Source of the DNA: Sedimentisphaera cyanobacteriorum
Lineage (GTDB): Bacteria > Planctomycetota > Phycisphaerae > Sedimentisphaerales > Sedimentisphaeraceae
DNA: 32,000 bases
NCBI RefSeq assembly: GCF_001997385.1
Contig: NZ_CP019633.1
Coordinates: 810,001-842,000, forward strand
Reading direction: 5' to 3'
Both the position numbers and the translations under genes were made by a program. This document shows, piece by piece, positions 8,209 to 17,100 of the stretch. The notes under the pieces were generated by a model. The model did not search any database, was not told the DNA's origin, and worked only from the letters and a program-made list of their open reading frames with translations. The stretch's first letter is position 1. Each line of letters begins with the position of its first letter.

Positions 8209-8221
8209 TAATTTGCCAGCT
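8194..8221. terminator. 7-bp inverted repeat (AGCTGGC-N14-GCCAGCT) spanning both stop codons of the convergent GH13 genes; possible bidirectional terminator lacking a U-tract
   Basis: Arms at 8194..8200 and 8215..8221, read directly from the sequence. Only 11 nt separate the two convergent stop codons, so there is no room for a separate terminator. Confidence 0.3.
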
Positions 8222-9767
8222 AATAGGCAGTTATCCTGAAGATTTCCGTTGAATGCGGCTTGGCTATGCCTGAAATTACTAATGAATCGGTCTTGATTTT
8301 GAGGCTTCTGCCCAAAAGCTTTTCGAAGCAAACTTTGCTTTTTCTGTTACGGCCAATAATCTTGATGCCGTTGACAGAGGATTTGTTTTCTGAAAAATTA
8401 TGCACCACTGCAATTATTTCATCTTCCCAGCGTCTTTGAAAAGCGAGGATGGGATCAGCATCTGAGTTCAGCAGCTTAAAATCGCCGCACCTGAGAGATT
8501 GACTTTGGTTTCTAAGCCTGATCAGCTTTTTATACCAGTTCAGCAGAGAATGCTCATCAGTCTCCATCTTCTCAACGTTGAATTGATTGAAGTTTTCATT
8601 AGGTTTTTTCCAAGGAAGCCCTTTTGTGAAGCCTGCATTTTGGCCTGCAGACCACTGCATCGGCTTGCGGATTTCCGGGTCCGGCTTTGTTCCGGTCATG
8701 CCAATCTCCTCGCCATAATAGATAAAGGGCGTGCCCGGGGAAGTGAGCAGAACAGCAGCGGCAAGCTTCATTTCGGCCATGTTCTTTGAAAGCTGAGAGA
8801 ATATCCTGTTTTGGTCGTGGTTTGAAAGAAACGGGGCAAAACTGAAATCAGAATAATCACTGCACGCCTTATCAATAATCTGAGAAATCTTATTAGGGGT
8901 TCGGTCTTTGATGTCTTCGACTAATGCCCATGAAAAAGGAAACTGAAAACCCATATCAACGCAGCCTTTAATCGTGTATTCACGGATAACATCAGCCTGA
9001 TCCCATATCTCACCTATTATGAATACATCCTCAGAGCAGCTCTTCCAATTCTTTCTCAATTGTTTCAGCACTCTAAATGTTCCGGCTGTATTTTGTATTT
9101 CGCCTTCATTTTCTACGAGATATTTAACAGCATCAAGCCGAAATCCATCAACGCCAACCTCTTCAATCCAAAACCGCCCTGCATTTTTAACCCTTCTTCG
9201 AACTTCGCTGCATCTGTAGTTTAAGTCCGGCATAACCCTGCTGAAAAAGCCGTAGTAGCTGCCTGATTGAGCTTTATGCCAATTTTCTCTGCCTTCAGGA
9301 TCATCTCGCCATACATAAAAGTTTCTGTAACTGTCCTGATGGGCTTTCAATGAATTTTTAAACCACGGATGTTTATTTGAGGTGTGGTTGGGCACAAAAT
9401 CAATTATCACCTTTATGCCGCGACTGTGAGCCTCCTCGAGAAATCTGCCAAAATCCAGCAGGTTCCCGTAATCTGGGTTTATGTCTCGGTAATCGGTAAC
9501 ATCATATCCATGATAACTCGGAGAGGGCATAATCGGCATAAGCCAGAGAGCATTAATTCCTAAGTCTGAAGTTGTTTCAGGGCTGCCGTCATTGAGGTAG
9601 TCGAGCTTTTGAATTAGCCCTTTTATATCCCCGATACCGTCGGCATCGGAATCATAAAAACTCCTTACAAAGACCTCATAGAAAACTGCACCTTCCCACC
9701 ATCTTTCTTCTGCCGATTCAACTGAGGCACAGCAGGTAAAAATAAGCAGCAAAACACAGATTCGCAT
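8220..9767 (-). CDS. Exported GH13 alpha-amylase-family enzyme (MPDLN-type, neopullulanase/GH13_36-like)
   Basis: The track start at 9782 is a TTG. The ATG at 9767 gives the signal peptide MRICVLLLIFTCCASVESA. Motifs: FYEVFVRSFYDSDADGIGD, DFVPNHTS, GVDGFRLDAVKY, IGEIWD, FLSNHDQNR and VMPDLN. It starts 2 nt after the upstream stop. Confidence 0.9.
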   Translation of the reverse strand: MRICVLLLIFTCCASVESAEERWWEGAVFYEVFVRSFYDSDADGIGDIKGLIQKLDYLNDGSPETTSDLGINALWLMPIMPSPSYHGYDVTDYRDINPDYGNLLDFGRFLEEAHSRGIKVIIDFVPNHTSNKHPWFKNSLKAHQDSYRNFYVWRDDPEGRENWHKAQSGSYYGFFSRVMPDLNYRCSEVRRRVKNAGRFWIEEVGVDGFRLDAVKYLVENEGEIQNTAGTFRVLKQLRKNWKSCSEDVFIIGEIWDQADVIREYTIKGCVDMGFQFPFSWALVEDIKDRTPNKISQIIDKACSDYSDFSFAPFLSNHDQNRIFSQLSKNMAEMKLAAAVLLTSPGTPFIYYGEEIGMTGTKPDPEIRKPMQWSAGQNAGFTKGLPWKKPNENFNQFNVEKMETDEHSLLNWYKKLIRLRNQSQSLRCGDFKLLNSDADPILAFQRRWEDEIIAVVHNFSENKSSVNGIKIIGRNRKSKVCFEKLLGRSLKIKTDSLVISGIAKPHSTEIFRITAY

Positions 9768-9769
9768 AA

Positions 9770-12250
9770 TTATTCCCCGCAAGGCAGAACTTTTAATTGC
9801 GAAATGTTGGTGTAATTGTAAGGCTCATTTCCTCCGCCTGTATTTTTGTACGGCGAGTAATGCTGAAAATAGCTCATATTGCGAGAATATTCATCCTCGC
9901 TTATCAGAACTTTATATGTCTTTTCTTTTTCGAGTTCGGCATATATGAAAGCGGAATCTCTGTAAATATCCCAGCCGGGCTTGCCGCTTCCGTGCTTTGC
10001 AGTATGGGGCATAATCAAGTATCCTTCGGTTTTACTGCTGTTTGAATCTTTCTCAGCAAGCTGAATATTTTTCACAGCACATGTGATTCCGGAATTAATT
10101 CCAAAAGCTCCGTTGGAATATTTTACGTATATTCGGTGAAGGCCGGAAAATTTGGGAGTAAACTCGCATTCAATCTCGTGCCCTGATTTGCCCCAGTTCT
10201 CAAAATGATGGTCGTTTACAAGGTATCCGCCTTTGTTTTGCATCTGCGAGGCTTCCACTTCAACCGAATAATCCGCAGCCGGAACATATTCACTTATGTG
10301 CGATGTATTTCCGCTATCATTAAAAACGCTGCACACTGCATAATAGTAAGGCGTGTATTTAAAGCCGGCAGAATTATTGTCCCTCCAGCTGTTTGCCCAG
10401 ATTCTATCTGCGACAAGCTCCCCGTTTCTGTAAACCCTGTAGTATATATTGGAACTTTCCTGTCCCTGCCACTTTAGATGAACAAGCCCGAATTCGCTTT
10501 CAGCAGATACATCCTTCGGCGTTTCCGGAGCAAATATAGTGCTTCCGGAAAGCTTTTCAACAGTATTTATTTTATCTCGGGAAGGTGAACCAGCGGAAAG
10601 ACGTATTTCAAAGCTGTTCACTTTTGAAAGCCTGTTTTCATTTATATGGAAAGAGTTAAGCTGATTCGAATTTAATTTGATGCTTTCCAGATTATAACGG
10701 CTGCTATGTGAGGGCTTTTCAGGAAGATTGAGGGTGATATTTATTATTTTTCCGTGGTATTCAAGCCCTTTGAGCTGAACCTTATTTGCGCCATTGAAGA
10801 GATTGCTGTGCATCCATCCTGTTACGTAGGGAGCGAGTTTTATGCTGTTCCAGCTCGGTTCGAAGCCGAAGATAACTTCCTGAACCATCCCAATATAACC
10901 TGCCACAGACCATAGCTGGCGTCTGGAATTGATAACTGGACCGCTGATTCCATTAGATTCTGCGTAAGCAAGGCCTGATGCAAAGTCGTAATTTTCCATA
11001 TTCGACAAATTTAGAGCCGCCTTTGAAACAAGGGAGTGAACTGCGCTGTTTACAGCTTTTGAGTTCTCAGCAGTCTTTGCTGCCTTAAGTCTGTAAGCTG
11101 AAACAAAAGGCCATATCCCGTGATTGTGATATATCGGCACGTTCTTCACCTGAGGCCAAACCACAGGTGTCCCGAATTTGCCTGTAGGGTAATTCGCTGC
11201 AAGTTTTTCGGCGGTTTTCTCATCTGCCACACCGCAAATAACTGCTAAAGACTCACCGAGAAGATCTCTGCGATTGGTTTTGACAGTCATTTTGTCTTCA
11301 ATAATAAGTGAGCTGTAATATCCATCATCTTCAAGGTAAAAATTTTCATTTATGCTTTTTTTGAGCGATTCAGACCACTCAGAATACTTATCCTGCAAGG
11401 GGGAGTTGTTTCTTTCCGCAAGTTTTGCGGCGAATTTAAGCATATTGTAATGCAGCACGTTTGTTGAGAGCGATTTGGATTGAGCTATGAGAGTAACATT
11501 GTCTCGCGTTCGGTATGGATAGCTCTGTTCCCGCCAGTCGAGAAAAGACTGCTCGCCGGAATACAGCCCGCAGGTGGTGTCGAATATAATTTTCCTGTCC
11601 TGCTCCACGGTGTTTTTTATTACCGGCCAGCACTCATCCAAGAAATCAGCCCTGAGAACACCGTGAAGATTTTTTGCAAGCTCTTTTGCCGCCAAGGCCC
11701 AAACCACCCTGTCTGTAGAAACAGGCCAGCTTCCGCCGGAGCCGGTATCTTGAATAATCTGGGGCTCAAAGCCCCCTTCTATCCCCTCTTTCAGCCGGCT
11801 TGTCTTGAACAAAAGTGAATTGATGCACCTTTCCTGATCAAAGCCGGCCAGCGAGAGCTCTATTGAATATGAAAGGTCTCTTGTCCAAACGTATTTCCAT
11901 TTCTCGCCAGTTTGAAAGTAAGGCCTTTGCAAACTGCTGCTGTAATTAAAACTATAGTCTGAAATGCTTGATACAGAATTTAATTCGGCCTCATAGTAAG
12001 CCATAGCAAAAAGCCCGTCAAAAAGCTTCGAGCCGGAATGCAGTGTTGGCCATGCTTTTTCTGTAATATTCAGCTTGCTGCTGTTGCTGTCTCTGAGCTC
12101 GAGTGTTGTTGACAAGATGAACTGCCTTTTTCCATCATTTTGCTGAACTTCTGCTGAGGCTTCTCCCCTGGTATCTTTATAGGAGTTTGCAGTATAATTC
12201 CCAGCATGGCAAAAAGACACAGCTAAAAGCAAAATAATAAATTTCTTCAT
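9770..12250 (-). CDS. Exported six-hairpin (alpha/alpha)6 glycoside hydrolase (GH15- or GDE-like) with a C-terminal Fn3-like domain and a CBM6/35-like domain
   Basis: Signal peptide: MKKFIILLLAVSFCHA. KYVWTRDLSYS resembles the Y.W.RD region of GH15. Other motifs: PQIIQDTG, FLDWREQSYP and QLWSVAGYIGMV. The C-terminus has an Fn3-like stretch (HLKWQG...YYRVYRNG) and a jelly-roll-like stretch (YSVEVEASQMQNKGGY...IYVKYSNG). The exact family is not resolved by eye. Confidence 0.6.
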   Translation of the reverse strand: MKKFIILLLAVSFCHAGNYTANSYKDTRGEASAEVQQNDGKRQFILSTTLELRDSNSSKLNITEKAWPTLHSGSKLFDGLFAMAYYEAELNSVSSISDYSFNYSSSLQRPYFQTGEKWKYVWTRDLSYSIELSLAGFDQERCINSLLFKTSRLKEGIEGGFEPQIIQDTGSGGSWPVSTDRVVWALAAKELAKNLHGVLRADFLDECWPVIKNTVEQDRKIIFDTTCGLYSGEQSFLDWREQSYPYRTRDNVTLIAQSKSLSTNVLHYNMLKFAAKLAERNNSPLQDKYSEWSESLKKSINENFYLEDDGYYSSLIIEDKMTVKTNRRDLLGESLAVICGVADEKTAEKLAANYPTGKFGTPVVWPQVKNVPIYHNHGIWPFVSAYRLKAAKTAENSKAVNSAVHSLVSKAALNLSNMENYDFASGLAYAESNGISGPVINSRRQLWSVAGYIGMVQEVIFGFEPSWNSIKLAPYVTGWMHSNLFNGANKVQLKGLEYHGKIINITLNLPEKPSHSSRYNLESIKLNSNQLNSFHINENRLSKVNSFEIRLSAGSPSRDKINTVEKLSGSTIFAPETPKDVSAESEFGLVHLKWQGQESSNIYYRVYRNGELVADRIWANSWRDNNSAGFKYTPYYYAVCSVFNDSGNTSHISEYVPAADYSVEVEASQMQNKGGYLVNDHHFENWGKSGHEIECEFTPKFSGLHRIYVKYSNGAFGINSGITCAVKNIQLAEKDSNSSKTEGYLIMPHTAKHGSGKPGWDIYRDSAFIYAELEKEKTYKVLISEDEYSRNMSYFQHYSPYKNTGGGNEPYNYTNISQLKVLPCGE

Positions 12251-12267
12251 AATTCCATGGATCCTTT

Positions 12268-13257
12268 TTAAACTAAGCAGAACGTATCTCTGGCAAGGGC
12301 AGCGCTTCCTATAATCCCGGAATCCTCTCTGAGATTTGCAAAACAGAACTCTATTTTCACATCAATATCTTTGCGGATAAATTTATTGAAATAAAAACTG
12401 ATTCTGTCAAGCAGTGCCTGTCCAGCGGCAATCATTCCGCCTGAGAAAACAATCTTATCGGGGTTTGAGTATGAAAAGATATTCACGCAGAGAAGCCCTA
12501 TAACTTTAGCCGTGAGTTCAGTGATTTCATAAGCAAATCTGTCGCCTTGAGACGCATGCTCGTAAACCTCCTTACAGCTAACATCGCCCCTTTCGATAAA
12601 TATATCCTGAAGTGAAGAGGCCGCTCCCTCAGCAAGCATTTCGTTTGCCCTTTTGGCAGTTGCCGAGGCTGAGGCATAAGTCTCAGCGCAGCCCCTCTGC
12701 GTGCAGCCGCACTCTCTGCCTTCGGGATAGATTATGATATGACCGAGCTCAGATGCGCTGTTACCGGCGCCGTGAATAAGCTTGCCGTCTGTTATTACTG
12801 CCCCGCCGATACCTGTACCGAGAGTTAAAAGCACCATATCATCCACGTCCTCAGCTGCGCCGAGGACATACTCCCCCCAGCCCGCCACATTCGCATCATT
12901 TTCAAGAATGCAGGGAGCGTTTATCTTCTCTGAAACATATCTGCTTATCGAAAAACCCTTATAGACCGGCAGATTGGGCGAGGTAATTATCATGCCTTTT
13001 TTTGTATCCAAAACCCCCGGACATCCTATTCCAGCGGCTTTTATGTCTTCCATCCTTAACCCTGCCTGACTTAATAAGCTGCCAAGTGCATTGACCACTG
13101 AATTCATTGTGGCCTTAGGCCGGTCGTTATCGGTGGGGATGGAGATCTTTGAGAGCATCTCCATCTTCTCGCTGAAGCAGCCGATCTTTACGAACGTCCC
13201 GCCCAAGTCTATTCCAACAAAGAGGTCTTTAGTGTCGGTATTTATGTTTTTCTGCAT
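12268..13257 (-). CDS. glk: ROK-family glucokinase
   Basis: The track start at 13272 is a TTG; the ATG at 13257 gives MQKNINTD.... Motifs: GIDLGGTFVKIG, ENDANVAGWGE, LTLGTGIGGAVI and the zinc motif ELGHIIIYPEGRECGCTQRGCAETY. No signal peptide. Confidence 0.85.
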   Translation of the reverse strand: MQKNINTDTKDLFVGIDLGGTFVKIGCFSEKMEMLSKISIPTDNDRPKATMNSVVNALGSLLSQAGLRMEDIKAAGIGCPGVLDTKKGMIITSPNLPVYKGFSISRYVSEKINAPCILENDANVAGWGEYVLGAAEDVDDMVLLTLGTGIGGAVITDGKLIHGAGNSASELGHIIIYPEGRECGCTQRGCAETYASASATAKRANEMLAEGAASSLQDIFIERGDVSCKEVYEHASQGDRFAYEITELTAKVIGLLCVNIFSYSNPDKIVFSGGMIAAGQALLDRISFYFNKFIRKDIDVKIEFCFANLREDSGIIGSAALARDTFCLV

Positions 13258-13289
13258 AACTTCTTTGCGCAATTAATCGTTTAGATGTA

Positions 13290-14123
13290 TTATCTTTTCA
13301 CTAATGATAATCTGTATGTATCCTGCCAGCGAACTTCACTAACATGGCCATCTACGAAGACAGCATTCGCCGTGCCGTCTCCTCTATCTTGTACGCTTAA
13401 TTCGGTTTTGTGGAAGCTTCCGAAAAGATCATCGAACTGCCCGTCGTAATCCTTGGGGAGGTTGGTCTCAACAAAATTGTCCCTAAATCTGGCACATAGT
13501 GCATTGTCGTTCAGAGCTGCGGTATTTTTCCGTGCCCCGTTTTCCTCCCTAAGCCACATATTCTCTTCTGAGAAAAAGAAAGTATTGCCCGCCCTTTTTA
13601 CTGCATCATATTTCAGCGGCTGACCGTCTGTATAGTTATTGGAATTAGGCGAGAGAAAAGCATTCATACTGTAGCTGTACTGAGGTTCAATTTCAATTTC
13701 AGAATTATGATATGGGTGTTCTGTCCCGTATCTTTTGGCGAAAGATTCAAACATCGGACAGAGATTAATCTCTGTGTTGTCGCCTAAATACGGAAAAAGA
13801 GAACCCTGAAGATGCTGATAATCATCGTTTACAGGATTTCTCTGGGCATCGTGCCACTGGCAGTTGATATCTCCGCCTGCAAGATCGGGCTTGAATATAC
13901 AGTTCCAAGCATTGGGAAATTCGTAATCATTCTCATTCACGTACATATTGCCTGAAATGCCGTACTGCTTTAAGTTATTCTTGCATAAGATATTTTTCGC
14001 TGCTTTTCTGGCTTTGTTGAGCGACGGGATCAAAACAGCCATTAGAATAGCAATAATTGATATAACCACCAGCAGCTCTATAAGGGTGAAGGCTTTTTGG
14101 GTTTTATTATTGTGATTATCCAT
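13290..14123 (-). CDS. Prepilin-type N-terminal cleavage/methylation domain protein of the DUF1559 (H-X9-DG) pseudopilin-like family
   Basis: The track start at 14141 is a TTG. The ATG at 14123 has AAAGGA 6 nt upstream. N-terminus: [35 protein letters not shown]-terminus: [13 protein letters not shown]. Confidence 0.85.
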   Translation of the reverse strand: MDNHNNKTQKAFTLIELLVVISIIAILMAVLIPSLNKARKAAKNILCKNNLKQYGISGNMYVNENDYEFPNAWNCIFKPDLAGGDINCQWHDAQRNPVNDDYQHLQGSLFPYLGDNTEINLCPMFESFAKRYGTEHPYHNSEIEIEPQYSYSMNAFLSPNSNNYTDGQPLKYDAVKRAGNTFFFSEENMWLREENGARKNTAALNDNALCARFRDNFVETNLPKDYDGQFDDLFGSFHKTELSVQDRGDGTANAVFVDGHVSEVRWQDTYRLSLVKR

Positions 14124-14152
14124 GAGAAATCCTTTCTGCAATAATACAGTGT

Positions 14153-16975
14153 TTATTCAATATATTCGAATTTATCAGTTTTCATAACTTCGATTTCTTT
14201 GCATATATCACCATAGCCGAAGCTTATTCCATTCTCTGTGATCCAAGCAATCTTTACAAAACGCTTATCGTAAGCGAATTCACCAACCTGTTTATCGCAG
14301 GTTACACTGATCCCGCCGTCTGTTCTTTCAGCTTTGAAGTTTGAAACTACGAATTCGCCCTCTTTGAATTCATAGCCTTTGCCGCTGTCTTCATAAAGCC
14401 TGCCGGATGCCTTGCCGTTTTCGTCCAGGACAATCGACAGCGTAATCGGATTGACCGCGCCCAGCTCTTCAGTTGACTGAACTTTTTCTCCTACCGGGAT
14501 AATGCTTCCGCCCTTCTGAAGCAGTTTGCACTGATACTTATCCCACTTTTCGTTATCGCCGATTTCGAGATCTCTGAAAACACCTTCAGGCAAATTAACA
14601 TCTTCTGCCCACTTTGGAATAACAATAAGATTATCGCCAAGCATAAAGACCTGATCCTCAGCTCTGAGGGATTTATCATCGGGGTCTGCAAAGAAAACCG
14701 GTTTCATAACAGCACTGCCGTTTTTATGTGAGTGCCAAAATAGCGTATATAGATATGGCATAAGCCTGTAACGCTTGTTAAGGGCACGCCTTGAGGCTTT
14801 TTCTGTTTCTTCCCCGAAAGACCAAGGCTCATGATTTTTCGTCCCATTAGCTGTATGCGATCTGCTGAAGGGGAAATATGCCCCTGCGCTGATCCAGTGT
14901 GCATAAAGCTGAGGCGTGGCATCACCTACAAAACCTCCGATATCCGGCCCGTTGAATGGCTGGCCGGAAAGAGAAAGATTAAGAGACATTGGAATAGACT
15001 GTTCCAAATGAGCCCAAGTTGAACCGTTATCGCCTGTCCAAGTTGCGCCAAACCTCTGTCCGCCGAGGAAATTAGCCCTTGAAAGAACAAACGGTCTTTT
15101 GTTTGGAGCGTATTGCAGCATACCCTCTCTTGTAGCCTTGATCATCAAATAGCCGTAAACATTATGGTACTGAATATGCTTGCCCGGCTTTAATTTGCCG
15201 CCGCCTCTGTGAATGTTATCCGGCGGCATAGTATGTCCCTTTGCTTCAAAAACGGCCGGCTCATTCATGTCATTCCATACCCCGTCAACACCCTGATCGA
15301 GGAAATCCTGATAATGATCAGCCCACCATTTTCTAACCCTCGGAATAGTATAATCAGGAAAGACGGTTTTCCCCGGCCAGACCTTGCCGATATAATCCTC
15401 GCCGTCTTTAGTTTTAACCCATGCATCAATTTCGCTGCCGCTGTCGTAAACCGAGTACCCCTCTTCATATTTTGGCGCAGGGTCTATCATCCAAACGTTC
15501 TTAAATCCTTTGGTATGAAGATAATCATTCAATCCCTTGGGGTTGGGGAAACGTTCAGGGTCGAATGTAAAAATACGATATCCGTCCATATAATGTATGT
15601 CGAGCCAGATAACATCGCATGGAATCTGCCTCTGCCTGAATTCTCGAGCTATTTCACGTACTCGGCTGTCTGGATAGTAAGAATATCTGCACTGCTGATA
15701 ACCAATTGCCCATCTTGGCGGCATATCGATTTTGCCTGTAATCTCTCCAAGCATTTCAAGCAGCCTTGAAGGGTTCTTAGCTTCGAGGGTGTAAACTGGA
15801 AAATCAAGAGCATCTCCGGGAACTGAAAACAATATGCCCGCTCTTAAATCAATTTCCGACTTCCAAGTCGTATCAAAAATTATTCCGTATGCGGTTCCAT
15901 CCGGACGAACACCCATAACCCAAGGATGACTCTGATACATCTTATCAGGGATCCGGTAGTTGTAGTTGTCTCGATTGTAGAAAACTATCCTATATCCGTT
16001 CCTCTTCAGACCTCCCTGAGCCTCACCTATACCATAGAAATCGTCTTCAGCAGGCGTGTCAAAATAAACATATTTGCGTCCGTTGGTCTTAGAAAAAACA
16101 GGCCTAAGGCCTGGGGTTTCTTGCAGCCTGCTGACATTTTCAAACTCTTTGGCAATTGCAAAAGAGAACGGGACTTGCTCTAAATCAGCATACTTTGCAT
16201 AAAAGCGGTTTACGTCTTTATCGAGCTTTTCACTTCTGCCGGGAAGTTCGGCATTTTTTATTGCTTTTGAGACCTTCCCGCCCGGAGAGTTGTCGTATTC
16301 GAAAAGCGAATCCCAATCTGTGGCGATTTTCAGCTCATCAAACTCCCACTTGTTATTCTCATCTCCCGCTCTGAATCTGAGCTCATTAAAATCAAATTCA
16401 AACTCTCCCCTTGCGATTTTCCATTCGTTTTGGTCGTTTAGGTCTCTCCGTACAAGAGGGTCGAGCCAGATTGTGAATTTATCCTTTTTTCCCTTCCTGA
16501 AATCTATTCGAGCAGCTATAAGATGAACTTCTCCATCTACCAGAGTTGGTGCCTTGCCTATAATTCTGCTGCCGCCGGAATAGTAATATTTGAAATAATT
16601 AGATTCGAAATCGTTACCAATACCAAACAGTTCATTGCCGTTGTTATAAATTCCCAAACCCGCAAAGCTGTGCTTTACATCCGGATTTAAGTTTCTCAGC
16701 AAAAAGCTTATATAAATTGTTTTGCTGTTCTTTCTGTAGGGCTCAATATCAACATCCCACACAGCATCAACATCATTGCCTTTATGAAGGAGTTTATTCC
16801 CGGTTTCCTCTAACCAGCTGAAATCAAGGCTGCCTTTTGAAACTGAAACAGCATTTTCACCGCTTTTGACTGCTGTTTGCGAGATTTGCCTGCAATCGAA
16901 ATTTTCTTCGAAAATAACATCTGAAAAACCTGCACCTACTAAAACAGTTAAAACAAAAAATAAACTTAATCTCAT
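14153..16975 (-). CDS. Exported GH31 alpha-glucosidase with an extra N-terminal jelly-roll-like module of about 210 aa
   Basis: Signal peptide: [20 protein letters not shown]31 motifs: [46 protein letters not shown] (nucleophile region), [29 protein letters not shown] and FSRSHT. Confidence 0.9.
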   Translation of the reverse strand: MRLSLFFVLTVLVGAGFSDVIFEENFDCRQISQTAVKSGENAVSVSKGSLDFSWLEETGNKLLHKGNDVDAVWDVDIEPYRKNSKTIYISFLLRNLNPDVKHSFAGLGIYNNGNELFGIGNDFESNYFKYYYSGGSRIIGKAPTLVDGEVHLIAARIDFRKGKKDKFTIWLDPLVRRDLNDQNEWKIARGEFEFDFNELRFRAGDENNKWEFDELKIATDWDSLFEYDNSPGGKVSKAIKNAELPGRSEKLDKDVNRFYAKYADLEQVPFSFAIAKEFENVSRLQETPGLRPVFSKTNGRKYVYFDTPAEDDFYGIGEAQGGLKRNGYRIVFYNRDNYNYRIPDKMYQSHPWVMGVRPDGTAYGIIFDTTWKSEIDLRAGILFSVPGDALDFPVYTLEAKNPSRLLEMLGEITGKIDMPPRWAIGYQQCRYSYYPDSRVREIAREFRQRQIPCDVIWLDIHYMDGYRIFTFDPERFPNPKGLNDYLHTKGFKNVWMIDPAPKYEEGYSVYDSGSEIDAWVKTKDGEDYIGKVWPGKTVFPDYTIPRVRKWWADHYQDFLDQGVDGVWNDMNEPAVFEAKGHTMPPDNIHRGGGKLKPGKHIQYHNVYGYLMIKATREGMLQYAPNKRPFVLSRANFLGGQRFGATWTGDNGSTWAHLEQSIPMSLNLSLSGQPFNGPDIGGFVGDATPQLYAHWISAGAYFPFSRSHTANGTKNHEPWSFGEETEKASRRALNKRYRLMPYLYTLFWHSHKNGSAVMKPVFFADPDDKSLRAEDQVFMLGDNLIVIPKWAEDVNLPEGVFRDLEIGDNEKWDKYQCKLLQKGGSIIPVGEKVQSTEELGAVNPITLSIVLDENGKASGRLYEDSGKGYEFKEGEFVVSNFKAERTDGGISVTCDKQVGEFAYDKRFVKIAWITENGISFGYGDICKEIEVMKTDKFEYIE

Positions 16976-17061
16976 TCGAATCCTCTTAAATTTAATGTTT
17001 AGTTAAAATTTCCCCATTCTTTCGCCCTGCTCATAATTCAGGGCGTAAGGATAAGAAATAT

Positions 17062-17091
17062 GCATTCCCGGCCCAAGTGAGCCGGGAATGC
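17062..17091 (-). terminator. Perfect 11-bp hairpin after the Ig/LamG gene (intra-array terminator or attenuator)
   Basis: On the minus strand: GCATTCCCGGC-tcacttgg-GCCGGGAATGC followed by ATATTTCTTAT. It begins 10 nt after the stop at 17101. A second hairpin, CGCCCTG-N9-CAGGGCG, lies at 17023..17045. Confidence 0.45.
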
Positions 17092-17100
17092 TATTATATT

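Noticed and set aside
9770-12250. Calling this gene specifically a GH15 glucodextranase or glucoamylase
   Set aside because: Only the Y.W.RD-like region matches well. The expected (D)LWEE general-acid motif is not clearly present (FLDWREQ instead), and GDE/GH133- or GH63-like six-hairpin families fit about equally well. I kept the generic six-hairpin GH call.
17001-17010. Shared AATTTT(T)AACT motif upstream of GH31 (17001..17010) and the sigma gene (23933..23943), a similar TTTTCAACT upstream of the CBM48-GH13 gene, and recurring ATTCGAG near their RBSs, considered as a candidate ECF-dependent promoter
   Set aside because: All copies lie in very AT-rich DNA, where 9- to 11-mers recur by chance. 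Their distances to the start codons differ (about 25, 40 and 50 nt), and no common -10 partner sits at a fixed spacing. It could be revisited with genome-wide motif discovery.
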